From Candidatus Latescibacterota bacterium (GTDB lineage: Bacteria; Latescibacterota; UBA2968), in NCBI GenBank assembly GCA_965205975.1, contig OZ242195.1, forward strand, positions 144,202 to 208,201: a stretch of DNA of 64,000 nucleotides, given 5' to 3'. The position numbers and the translations under genes are program-made. Under the pieces are notes generated by a model. That model was given only the letters and a program-made list of their open reading frames with translations. It did no database searches and was not told the origin of the DNA. Below are positions 17,582 through 26,440 of the stretch, piece by piece (position 1 is the first letter of the stretch; each line of letters opens with the position of its first letter).

Positions 17582-18928
17582 TTATAATTTAAAGACGTGA
17601 TCTTTCTTTCCAGATACAGCCTGCGTGGCATTGCGCGTATCGACAATACAGCGCGCGTGCCTTACAATCCATTCATAATCCCAATCGCTGTGATGTGTCA
17701 CGATCACCACACAATGGGCATCAGTTATATTTTTTTTGTTTAAAGAGATACTTTTCAAGTCCAAACTTTCTGTCTGCAAGTGATCTACAAACGGATCGCA
17801 ATACGAGACCTTCGCGCCTTTCTCCTGAAGCATTTCTATAATATCCAATGCCGGTGACTCGCGAATATCGCGTACATCGGGTTTGTATGTCACGCCCAAT
17901 ATCAGGATGTTCGAGCCTTTCAAACACCGCTCGTGTTCGTTGAGGGCGTCGGTGATTTTTTCGACCACATAGCCCGGCATGCTGCGCGTCACTTCGCTGG
18001 CCAATTCGATAAAGCGCGCATTGTAATTCAAGGTCTTGAGCTTCCAGGCCAGAAAGTGAGGATCAACCGGGATGCAATGCCCGCCCAATCCAGGACCGGG
18101 ATAAAACGGCATAAATCCAAACGGCTTGGTCGCTGCGGCATCGATTACTTCCCAAACATCCACACCGAGGCGATCACACATCAGTGCCACTTCATTGACA
18201 AGGCCGATATTTACACTGCGAAATGTATTTTCCAGCAACTTGGTCATTTCTGCGGCCTGGGTCGATGAGACCGGTACGACTTCGCCGATTGATTGTCGGT
18301 AAAAATGTGTGCCTATTTCTGTGCAAGAAGGGGTAATACCACCCACGACTTTGGGCGTGTTGGTGATGGTATAAACCCTGTTGCCTGGATCGACGCGCTC
18401 TGGAGAAAATACCAGAAAAAAATCTCGACCGACCTTCAAGCCACTTTCTTCGAGCAGGGGCAATACCAGTTCATGGGTCGTGCCTGGATACGTCGTGCTT
18501 TCCAGAATTACCAGTTGTCCACAGCGCAGATGGTCTTTGATTGCACCACATGCCTGCAAAATAAACGAGACATCCGGGTCGCGTGTTTTATTTAAGGGTG
18601 TGGGCACGCATACCACAACCACATCGGCCTCATCGAGCACATCGCATTCTCGAGTTGCCGTCAATTTCCCCACAGCTTTGAGACCCGCTACTTCAAATTC
18701 CGATACACCCTGCACGTCGGACTTTCCCGATTCTACTATCTTTACTTTGCGTGCCGATATATCGATTCCCGTGACACAAAATCCCACCTTGCCCAATTCC
18801 ACGGATAGGGTCAATCCCACATACCCCAATCCCATCACCGCTATCCGCGCTTCGTGCGATGCGATCTTTTCTTCCAGTATCTGTCTGGGGTTGGCGATTT
18901 CTCGAGATAATCTTTCTGGTATAGCCAT
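17582..18928 (-). CDS. nucleotide-sugar dehydrogenase (UDP-glucose / UDP-N-acetyl-D-mannosamine 6-dehydrogenase family)
   Basis: [30 protein letters not shown] is the NAD-binding GxGxxG motif ... catalytic Cys region GGHCIPVDP. The start MAIPERL at 18928 forms a TAATG overlap with the upstream gene's stop. Confidence 0.8.
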   Translation of the reverse strand: MAIPERLSREIANPRQILEEKIASHEARIAVMGLGYVGLTLSVELGKVGFCVTGIDISARKVKIVESGKSDVQGVSEFEVAGLKAVGKLTATRECDVLDEADVVVVCVPTPLNKTRDPDVSFILQACGAIKDHLRCGQLVILESTTYPGTTHELVLPLLEESGLKVGRDFFLVFSPERVDPGNRVYTITNTPKVVGGITPSCTEIGTHFYRQSIGEVVPVSSTQAAEMTKLLENTFRSVNIGLVNEVALMCDRLGVDVWEVIDAAATKPFGFMPFYPGPGLGGHCIPVDPHFLAWKLKTLNYNARFIELASEVTRSMPGYVVEKITDALNEHERCLKGSNILILGVTYKPDVRDIRESPALDIIEMLQEKGAKVSYCDPFVDHLQTESLDLKSISLNKKNITDAHCVVIVTHHSDWDYEWIVRHARCIVDTRNATQAVSGKKDHVFKL

Positions 18929-19857
18929 TATGTTATCCGCTCTGGTCCAATCATTTGAAGCAATACGGCCTTTTGAACGTGCATGCGATTCTCTGCTTGA
19001 TCCACAGCAATGCATCGCTCGCTTGCCATGACTTCATCTGTCACTTCGTATCCCTTATGTGCTGGCAAGCAGTGCATCACATAAGCGTCGGTCTTTTTGA
19101 GCAAATCGCCATTGATCTGATATGGCATGAATACTTTGGTGCGTCGCTTTTTTTCTTCTGCAAATTCTGGATTGTTAAAAAATTCCATATCAATCCACGT
19201 ATCGGTATAAAGAAAATCTGCATCGGCAATAGCGGCTTCCAGATCCAGCGTTTCTTCAAATAACCCGGTTGCACGCGCTGCTTTGACCAGTTCGGGGTCT
19301 GCCGATGGTTTGTTGATCTCTGGCGTCACAGCCGTTATGCGTACGCCGGCTTTTGTACACGCTGTTACCAGCGAATTACACACATTGTTCCAGATGCCCA
19401 CATAAACCACATGCGTTCCCGCCAACTTGCCTCGCACTTCCAGGATTGATAGCAGATCGCCCAGGGCTTGACAGGGGTGATAACGGTCACAACATCCGTT
19501 GATTACAGGGACTTCGGAGCCAAGGGTCAGCCGCAGCAGATCTTCGTGTTTGAGCATGCGCGCCATAATCACATCTGCATATCGCGATAGGACCTGTGCT
19601 TCATCGCGCACATCGGCCAATCCAAAATTGGTGGTCATCCAGTCCAAAAACACGGCCTGCCCCCCCAATTGGTGCATGCCTACTTCAAAAGCTACGCGGG
19701 TGCGCGTTGATGTTTTCTGAAATAACATCGCCATAGTTTGTCCCGTTAGCAAACCTTCATAGCGCTCGGGATTCTTTTTGATCACCAGACCCATTTCTAC
19801 CGCACGCAAAATATCATCTGGCGACCACGTCTTCAGTGTCAAAAGATCCATATCCAT
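18928..19857 (-). CDS. ornithine-carbamoyltransferase-family transcarbamylase with a non-canonical second-substrate motif
   Basis: The carbamoyl-phosphate motifs STRTR and HPCQ, and HCLPAHKGYEVTDEV, are OTC-like. The ornithine-binding DxxxSMG motif is replaced by YTDTWIDMEF. The gene is translationally coupled to the nucleotide-sugar dehydrogenase. Confidence 0.65.
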   Translation of the reverse strand: MDMDLLTLKTWSPDDILRAVEMGLVIKKNPERYEGLLTGQTMAMLFQKTSTRTRVAFEVGMHQLGGQAVFLDWMTTNFGLADVRDEAQVLSRYADVIMARMLKHEDLLRLTLGSEVPVINGCCDRYHPCQALGDLLSILEVRGKLAGTHVVYVGIWNNVCNSLVTACTKAGVRITAVTPEINKPSADPELVKAARATGLFEETLDLEAAIADADFLYTDTWIDMEFFNNPEFAEEKKRRTKVFMPYQINGDLLKKTDAYVMHCLPAHKGYEVTDEVMASERCIAVDQAENRMHVQKAVLLQMIGPERIT

Positions 19858-19939
19858 TTCCTTTCTATTGAACCGCTGCTACAGCCTGCTCCTGCCGGAA
19901 TCGTGCAGGGGTTTGCCAGGCCTGGGGAGTTTCACCGAT

Positions 19940-20911
19940 TCACAATTGTTCGCGCACAAGAGATAGCAAACGCGCTTGCACTTGACCGACAGAGCCTTTA
20001 ATTTCGCATCCCGATGCGCGGATATGGCCGCCACCATCAAATTGACGGGCAATGCGATTGACATCCACTTTTCCCCGCGACCGCAAGCTCACGCGCTGTT
20101 GTCCCGGCTCTTGTTCTTTAAAAAATAGTGCGACTTCAACTCCGTCAATCGACATCGCGTGATCGACCACCCCGTCCAAATCGCCGTTCATCGCATGTGT
20201 TTTGTGATCAACGTACAATGTGCTGATCTGTCCGTTTTCGTGTAACATTAGATTCGACAGCGCGAACCCCAGGGTTTTCACTGTTTGATATGTCTGGTGC
20301 GAAAACATGTTCTCCGCAATTTGCTGCGGGTCAGCACCGTGCCCAACGAGTTCTGCGGCGGCGCGGAGTGCGCGTTCTGGATGCGAATGCTTAAATAGCT
20401 TTGTGTCAAATACAATTCCAGCATATAAACACGTCGCGATTTCGGGTGTAAATCTCGAATTACTACCATACCAGTTTATGAGCGAATAGATCAACTCACT
20501 GGCAGAGCTGGCATCTGTATCGATCACCCGTACATCGCTCACTTCATCTGCATCCACATGGTGATCGATAACCAGCGTTTTGGTTGCAGGCCCAATCAGC
20601 CTCGCGACATCGCCAATACGTTTTTCCGATGTTGTCGTATCCACCACCACGAGGCGCAGCACAGGGGTTGCCAGTCCAGAGTTGTACACCGACTCAATGC
20701 GATCATAGCCCGGTAAAAACCGATATTTGCGATCCGGTACCTCGTCCGCCACTACAATGCGGTGCTTTTGGTCCTGCCTCGTTAACCAATGGCTCAATCC
20801 CAACAGAGCACCGAGGCCATCGCCATCGGCATTCACATGCGTTGTTAGCACGAGTTCATCGCCGGATAATAAAAAATTCAGAGCCGCCTGAAAGTTCATT
20901 GTTATATCCAA
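19940..20911 (-). CDS. nrnA: DHH/DHHA1 family phosphoesterase (oligoribonuclease / pAp phosphatase NrnA)
   Basis: VLTTHVNADGDGLGALLGL ... LVIDHHVDADE is the DHH motif ... DHHA1 GGGH (FDGGGHIRASG). Confidence 0.8.
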   Translation of the reverse strand: MDITMNFQAALNFLLSGDELVLTTHVNADGDGLGALLGLSHWLTRQDQKHRIVVADEVPDRKYRFLPGYDRIESVYNSGLATPVLRLVVVDTTTSEKRIGDVARLIGPATKTLVIDHHVDADEVSDVRVIDTDASSASELIYSLINWYGSNSRFTPEIATCLYAGIVFDTKLFKHSHPERALRAAAELVGHGADPQQIAENMFSHQTYQTVKTLGFALSNLMLHENGQISTLYVDHKTHAMNGDLDGVVDHAMSIDGVEVALFFKEQEPGQQRVSLRSRGKVDVNRIARQFDGGGHIRASGCEIKGSVGQVQARLLSLVREQL

Positions 20912-20944
20912 ATGTACATATCAATGCAAGAGGATAGCTATTCT

Positions 20945-21535
20945 TCAATGTTTGAAAATCTGCTCGTACTGGCGTTTGCGTTGCAGCAAAATTTGCTGTC
21001 GCCGCTTCTGCGAACGGAGTATGGTGAACAGAATATTTACCCGTTTGCGCGCCGCTCGCAATACCTGAACATCCCGCTGGTCCTGATCCTTTAATCGGGA
21101 CAAATACAGCAGGCACTGGGCCGCATCTCGTAGCGACTTCGCCGAAAACAGTACTGATAGTATTCCCTGTCGTCCTATTTTGTATATTTCACGCACACGT
21201 TGTGCTATATTCTGTTCGCGATTTTTAAGTTGTGACTGAGCCTGTCGAAGCTGTTGCTCAGTACGGTCGATTTCATTATTCAGACTATTGACTTCTTCAG
21301 CCAGATTCAAAGATGTGTCCCGCGCCTTCTCACCCTCGCTTTCTGGTTGATTCTGTACCGATGCTTCAGATGAGGACCGGGAGTTTAAGTCACGCGCTTT
21401 TAAGCTGTCCATCGCAGCTTGCTCAGCTTTCAGACGCGCTTCCAGCGCTGTTATAGTCTGCGCGCTTCCATTGGGAGATAATGCGAGTAGAAAAGTTATT
21501 ATACACAATATATATTTTTGCACGCCATACCTCAA
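20945..21535 (-). CDS. secreted coiled-coil protein, possible FtsEX partner (EnvC-like coiled coil without an M23 domain)
   Basis: Signal peptide MRYGVQKYILCIITFLLALSPNGSAQ, then about 150 aa of heptad-rich, Q/E/R/L-rich sequence. It sits immediately downstream of ftsX on the same strand. Confidence 0.5.
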   Translation of the reverse strand: MRYGVQKYILCIITFLLALSPNGSAQTITALEARLKAEQAAMDSLKARDLNSRSSSEASVQNQPESEGEKARDTSLNLAEEVNSLNNEIDRTEQQLRQAQSQLKNREQNIAQRVREIYKIGRQGILSVLFSAKSLRDAAQCLLYLSRLKDQDQRDVQVLRAARKRVNILFTILRSQKRRQQILLQRKRQYEQIFKH

Positions 21536-21550
21536 TGGACAGGCACTGCC

Positions 21551-22408
21551 CTACGCGATTTCTCTTAACAGGCGGTTCAGAGATGCCCAACTACCTATCG
21601 CGCCGAGCACGGTGCCCAATACCACCAGACCGAATGCCAGTTCAATCGTTGGTGTGACCGTCAAGTCCGGTACGCGAACAGCCCACGAGGGTGATATATA
21701 AGCCATCATCAGAGGTGCCAAAAATCCACCGACAAAGCCCAATAGTGCCCCCCCAACTCCAAAGATCATCCACACAGTCGTATTTGTCGCGCCGACCAAC
21801 CGCATAATCTCAAGGGCATCGCGCTGCGCCAGCACCATCAACTTGGTTGCATGGCTCACTGCAAATACACACGCAAAACACAGCATACACCCAAGTGCGA
21901 GCCCAATTCCGGTGGTTACTTCAATAAAATGCTCTAAAGAATCCACCCAAACTTCACCTACGTTTACACCTTCTACAGCACTATGGCTGGCTACATATCT
22001 TGCAACGGCTCGAGCGCGGCGCGGCATATTCTCGCCGGGAGAAATGCGTACTCTAAGCGAAGCGGGCAATGGGTTGCTCGAAAGCGCATCGACCGTACCC
22101 AAACCAAATAGTGACCGAAATTCTTTGGCAGCCGCTTCCTGATCCATATACACAATCCCGCCTACCTCGGGTCTCGCTTCTAACCTGCGCCGCAACGCGA
22201 GTATTCGCTGAGATGAAACGCCATCTTTCAGGTAAATGTCTATCTCCACCCGCGTGCGCAATCGGTTAGCCAGAGCGTTTCCACTCTCGATCACCTGCCA
22301 AAAGAATCCCAATACCAGCAGTGAGGCTCCAATGGTCACCACTGAAATCACACCTGCGATTCCCGTGCGCCTGATCCCTTGCAATGCCTCGCGCAATACT
22401 AGATTCAT
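21551..22408 (-). CDS. ftsX: cell division ABC transporter permease FtsX
   Basis: MNLVLREALQGIRRTGIAGVISVVTIGASLLVLGFFW ... a periplasmic loop and three C-terminal TM helices (the FtsX/MacB 4-TM fold). The start is taken at the ATG at 22408; a TTG at 22429 is an alternative. Confidence 0.8.
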   Translation of the reverse strand: MNLVLREALQGIRRTGIAGVISVVTIGASLLVLGFFWQVIESGNALANRLRTRVEIDIYLKDGVSSQRILALRRRLEARPEVGGIVYMDQEAAAKEFRSLFGLGTVDALSSNPLPASLRVRISPGENMPRRARAVARYVASHSAVEGVNVGEVWVDSLEHFIEVTTGIGLALGCMLCFACVFAVSHATKLMVLAQRDALEIMRLVGATNTTVWMIFGVGGALLGFVGGFLAPLMMAYISPSWAVRVPDLTVTPTIELAFGLVVLGTVLGAIGSWASLNRLLREIA

Positions 22409-22425
22409 TTCACTTTTCCATTTGT

Positions 22426-23091
22426 TCAATTTGCAATCTGTTCAATGACCTCATTTTCCAATTGCAATATTCGCCGCGAATATCGGTCTTCTATCGCTGT
22501 ATTATGTGTCGCTATGATCACAGCTATTCCGCGTACATTCATTTTTTGAAAAATAGCCATCACCTGTTCTGTCGCTTCGGAATCCAAATTGGCGGTTGGT
22601 TCATCTGCCAACAAGATAAGGGGATCATTCACCAGTGCCCGCGCTATTGCTACCCGCAGCCGTTCATAAGCCGACAACTCATCTGGATACGCATTGCGTT
22701 TGTAAAGCAAATCCACATCTGATAATATCGCCTGAGTTTTGCGCTTGATCCTGCGCCGCGAAACGCCTTTTACTTCAAGCGCTAAGGCCACATTTTCAGA
22801 TACGGTGCGATGGTGCAATAATTTGAAGTCTTGAAATACTACGCCTACTTGCCTTCGCAACTGCGGGATATCTATTTTTCGAATTTGCTGCGAGTCGTAT
22901 TTTCCCACAGATACCACGCCCGAACTGGGTAATTCCTCAAATATAATCAGCCCGAATAGCGCGCGTTTTTCCGCCTCTGTGTGTCCAGTCAGATAGACGA
23001 ATTCGCCCTGATTGATCTCTAAGTTGGCATTGATCAATATCGGCTGACCTCGCTGCTCGACCCGCACGTTTTGTAATTTAATCACTGGCAT
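22426..23091 (-). CDS. ftsE: FtsE-like ABC ATPase with degenerate Walker A and signature motifs
   Basis: Overall FtsE-like: GEFVYLTG ... Q-loop VGVVFQDF ... Walker B ILLADEPT ... H-loop IIATHN. Walker A reads HTEAEKRALF instead of HSGAGKSTLL (both glycines changed to E, S/T changed to R/A). The ABC signature reads LSAYERLRV instead of LSGGEQQRV. The start at the ATG at 23091 (MPVIKLQ) is tentative. Confidence 0.75.
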   Translation of the reverse strand: MPVIKLQNVRVEQRGQPILINANLEINQGEFVYLTGHTEAEKRALFGLIIFEELPSSGVVSVGKYDSQQIRKIDIPQLRRQVGVVFQDFKLLHHRTVSENVALALEVKGVSRRRIKRKTQAILSDVDLLYKRNAYPDELSAYERLRVAIARALVNDPLILLADEPTANLDSEATEQVMAIFQKMNVRGIAVIIATHNTAIEDRYSRRILQLENEVIEQIAN

Positions 23092-23133
23092 GATGTACAA
23101 CTGCATCAGCAGTTCCAATATCCATTTCTTAAA

Positions 23134-23883
23134 CTATTTTTTTAGAACAAAATGCACCCGATCCGAAAATCTTGTCGGCGGTGCATATCCAAATCCCCCG
23201 TAAGCTCCTACCCTTTCAAAAGGCGATTTATCGACAATCTCTTCAATCGCTGCCAAAGAATAGATCCGCTGTTGATGTACTTCTTTGACCACTTCATCCG
23301 TGTCTTCAAAATGAATATCAAATTTGTTGTATTGTACACCCTCTTCGTAATAACTGTGCCGCCGATATGAAAATCCATCTCCCGAATCTTCTGACTCCAT
23401 ATTGCAGAAGTATTGCCTCGAATTGCTCTCTGTACAGATATCGACCACAAAAACCCCGTTGGGATTTACAATGCGATGCACTTCATTCAGAGCACGCGCG
23501 ATCATTTCAGGTGACATCAAATAGTTGATGCTATCGTACAAACACAACACCGCATCACACGGGGGCAAATCGTCTAAATCGAGCAAATTGCGATGGTAAA
23601 ATGGAATGGGATAGTGCAACTTACGCGCCTTTTCTATAGCCACATCCAGCATTTCTCGGCAACCATCTGCACCCATTACATCGAATTTCTGACGGTATAA
23701 CTCAATTGCCAGACTGCCCGTGCCGCAGGCCAGGTCCAATACGCGGTTGGGTTTCACTTTGTGTCGCACGAGCAGTGATGAGACATAATGCGCCCAATGC
23801 ACGTAATCCACATGTCGCATTACATAATCGTAAATGGTCGCCAAGCGGCTATACGGGGTTGCCTCAGTTTCGAAGTTTTGCAT
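23134..23883 (-). CDS. class I SAM-dependent methyltransferase
   Basis: VLDLACGTGSLAIEL is motif I, followed by DVMGADGCREMLDVA. Confidence 0.7.
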   Translation of the reverse strand: MQNFETEATPYSRLATIYDYVMRHVDYVHWAHYVSSLLVRHKVKPNRVLDLACGTGSLAIELYRQKFDVMGADGCREMLDVAIEKARKLHYPIPFYHRNLLDLDDLPPCDAVLCLYDSINYLMSPEMIARALNEVHRIVNPNGVFVVDICTESNSRQYFCNMESEDSGDGFSYRRHSYYEEGVQYNKFDIHFEDTDEVVKEVHQQRIYSLAAIEEIVDKSPFERVGAYGGFGYAPPTRFSDRVHFVLKK

Positions 23884-23952
23884 AAAATGAAAAACGGCCA
23901 GCCCGTGCCGGCCTTTGCCTTTCTATTTTTTTTGTTCTGGCGGGATCGCGTT

Positions 23953-24225
23953 TTAAAAAAACTCTGGTGCCTGTGCTTCATCTCGAATAATGCGATAATA
24001 TTCAGGTGCTCGTTTCCGCGATACATTACCTCGTGGAATCGCCAATACTTCAAATTCCAACAGACGATCGGAAAACGCAATGCTCACCCTTTGCCCTGCG
24101 CGCAAAACGCGACTCGCTTTGGCTTCTTGCCCATCTACTGTCACAATCCCATTGTCACACGCTCGTTTGGCTTCTGAACGCCGTCGCACCAGACAACATG
24201 TATTTAGATAGATATCTAATCTCAT
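23953..24225 (-). CDS. S4 RNA-binding domain protein (Hsp15 / RqcP-like)
   Basis: MRLDIYLNTCCLVRRRSEAKRACDNGIVTVDGQEAKASRVLRAGQRV matches the S4 domain consensus. Length is 90 aa. Confidence 0.7.
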   Translation of the reverse strand: MRLDIYLNTCCLVRRRSEAKRACDNGIVTVDGQEAKASRVLRAGQRVSIAFSDRLLEFEVLAIPRGNVSRKRAPEYYRIIRDEAQAPEFF

Positions 24226-24231
24226 ACTATC

Positions 24232-25473
24232 CTATTCCAACCGTACATCCACATATAATTTCGCCCGCGTTTCTGCCAGTTTCTCACGGAATAATTCCTG
24301 CAAGCGTTCCAGTCTGGCAATTTCCTCTAATGCAGTGGCCTCGTCATTGATCCGGAACAGATTCCAGCCGCCTTCCATTTTTACGGGTAAACTCACATCG
24401 CCCGGCTTGAGTGCCCGCACCACATCTGCAAATTGGGATGGGAGATCAGACCTGGGAATATTCTGCCAAAATCCGCCGCGCGATGCTGTTTCTTCAAAGT
24501 CGGAATGCTCGCGCGCAAGTTCGGCAAAGTCCGCCCCGTCTTGAATCTGTTGATACAATGCCATTGCCTTTTGCTGAGCGACTTTTTCGTCTTTTTGTAA
24601 TAAAAACAAAATATGACGCGCCCGCACCTGATCGCCCGAAATTTCCTCGACGAGAATAATGTGAAAGCCAAACTGCGATTGTACGAGGTCGCTCACTTCG
24701 CCGACTTTGAGACTAAAGGCAACGTCTTCAAATGCAGGCACCATGGTACCGCGTCCAAAAAAGCCCAAATCCCCGCCTTGAGACGCGCTGCCAGGATCTT
24801 GTGAGTATTCTTTTGCCAGCGCTGCAAAATCTTCACCTGCCCGAATGCGTTCCAAAACCGCTTCTGCCTGGGGGCGAATTTTGTCCTGCTGTTCTGTCGA
24901 TGCAGCAGGTTCAATAAAAATATGACTTAACGAAATAAAAACTGATTCACCGCGGCGGTATTTTTCTTGAAATTCCTTCATGTCCCGGGGCGACACACTG
25001 ACCTGTTGCACCAGCATTTGACGCATACTGTCTTCTAAATACTGATTGCGGATTTGCTCCCTGTATTGATCTCGCATCTGTCGCTCGGTCAATCCCTCCT
25101 TTTTTAGTTCTTCGGCAAATGTCGCCGCGCCAAACTGTTCCTTAACGTAGCGAATCTGCGCGCGCACCGTCTCTTCCACGCGCTCGTCATCTACCTCAAT
25201 GCTGTCTTCTCGCGCTCGGACCAGTAATAAGTTGCGTTGAATTTCATTTTCCAGAATCTTATTAAACATATTCTCAAGCTCTGCCTGTGGCACGGTTCTC
25301 ACATCAATTCTTCGAGTGACCAATTCCAGGCGTAGCTTGTTTTCCACATCGGATCGCAACACAATTTTGTCATCTACCACTGCTATAATTTTATCCAATA
25401 AGACAGGCTCTGCACGCGCTGTGCCCGCGAGCAGGAATAACCCAATTAGCACGTTGATCAATAGCGTTTTCAT
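24232..25473 (-). CDS. surA: periplasmic chaperone / parvulin-type PPIase SurA
   Basis: Signal peptide [21 protein letters not shown]; SurA N-domain ([20 protein letters not shown]); two parvulin segments ([20 protein letters not shown] ... [10 protein letters not shown]). Confidence 0.8.
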   Translation of the reverse strand: MKTLLINVLIGLFLLAGTARAEPVLLDKIIAVVDDKIVLRSDVENKLRLELVTRRIDVRTVPQAELENMFNKILENEIQRNLLLVRAREDSIEVDDERVEETVRAQIRYVKEQFGAATFAEELKKEGLTERQMRDQYREQIRNQYLEDSMRQMLVQQVSVSPRDMKEFQEKYRRGESVFISLSHIFIEPAASTEQQDKIRPQAEAVLERIRAGEDFAALAKEYSQDPGSASQGGDLGFFGRGTMVPAFEDVAFSLKVGEVSDLVQSQFGFHIILVEEISGDQVRARHILFLLQKDEKVAQQKAMALYQQIQDGADFAELAREHSDFEETASRGGFWQNIPRSDLPSQFADVVRALKPGDVSLPVKMEGGWNLFRINDEATALEEIARLERLQELFREKLAETRAKLYVDVRLE

Positions 25474-25518
25474 ATCGATAAATTCCTCGAAATTGGTGAG
25501 ACGTGAGAAGCCCAGTTC

Positions 25519-26376
25519 TCACTGTGCTCTATTCAATTGCTTCCAATCCACTGACCATTCAATCCGCTCTTTGAGTTCGGTCAGCAATTTGGCGCGTTGC
25601 TCGCGTCGTCGTTCGGTCAGGATGCGTTGCTGAATCTCGTTGCGCACATCGACCAAATCGCGTATTGAACCCTCGTTGTCCCGATCCATTACCTCAATGA
25701 TATGGTAGCCCAATTCAGTGCGTATGCGTATCCGGTGCCCCAGTTTGGCTTCCCGACAGGCCTCCCAGAAAGAGGTGGTGACCATATCTTCGGTAAAATA
25801 TCCCAGATCGCCGCCATTTACGGCCGACTGATCAATAGAAACTTCGCGTGCCACCTGTTCAAAAAACTCACCCTTTTGCAGCCGGTCCCACGCCCGATTC
25901 ATTGCATTCCTATCTGCCACAACGAGATGCCGCGCTCTGAGTTCGAGTTGATTGCGTTCAAAATCTGCTCGATGTTCTTCGTAATAGGCGAGAATTTTAT
26001 CCTCTGAGATTTCGGCGTCGCGTGCGTATGTGCGGGTCATTAATTCGTTTGCCAACAGTTGTCTAACAGCGCGATCAATGCGATCCGATAGTTCGGAATC
26101 CCGGTCGAGTTTTTGTCGCAGGGCTTCTTGGTGGAGGAGTTCTTCCTCAATCCAATTTTCGACCAATCTTTGTTTTTCTTTAGGCGAAAGTGTGCCTGCA
26201 AACGGGGCGGGAATACGCTTCTCCAATGCTTCTATGGTCAGATAGCGATTTCCCACTTGTGCCACGACGGAAGTTTTTTGTGGCCTCTCACAACCCCATA
26301 TGCCAATCAGGCAGATTATTAAGCTGATTTTCAAACACCGCGCTCGTTTCAAAACGCGATCCCCCATCGCGGTCAT
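25519..26376 (-). CDS. parvulin-type peptidyl-prolyl isomerase (PrsA/PpiC-like), exported
   Basis: An N-terminal hydrophobic segment, then the parvulin domain RARHLVVADRNAMNRAWDRLQKGEFFEQVAREVSIDQSAVNGGDLGYFTEDMV ... LGYHIIEVMDR. Confidence 0.7.
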   Translation of the reverse strand: MTAMGDRVLKRARCLKISLIICLIGIWGCERPQKTSVVAQVGNRYLTIEALEKRIPAPFAGTLSPKEKQRLVENWIEEELLHQEALRQKLDRDSELSDRIDRAVRQLLANELMTRTYARDAEISEDKILAYYEEHRADFERNQLELRARHLVVADRNAMNRAWDRLQKGEFFEQVAREVSIDQSAVNGGDLGYFTEDMVTTSFWEACREAKLGHRIRIRTELGYHIIEVMDRDNEGSIRDLVDVRNEIQQRILTERRREQRAKLLTELKERIEWSVDWKQLNRAQ

Positions 26377-26440
26377 ATCCCCGCATGTGGCTCTAAACTA
26401 TTGACAATAAAAAAGGTTCCGACTAATCGAATATACGCCT

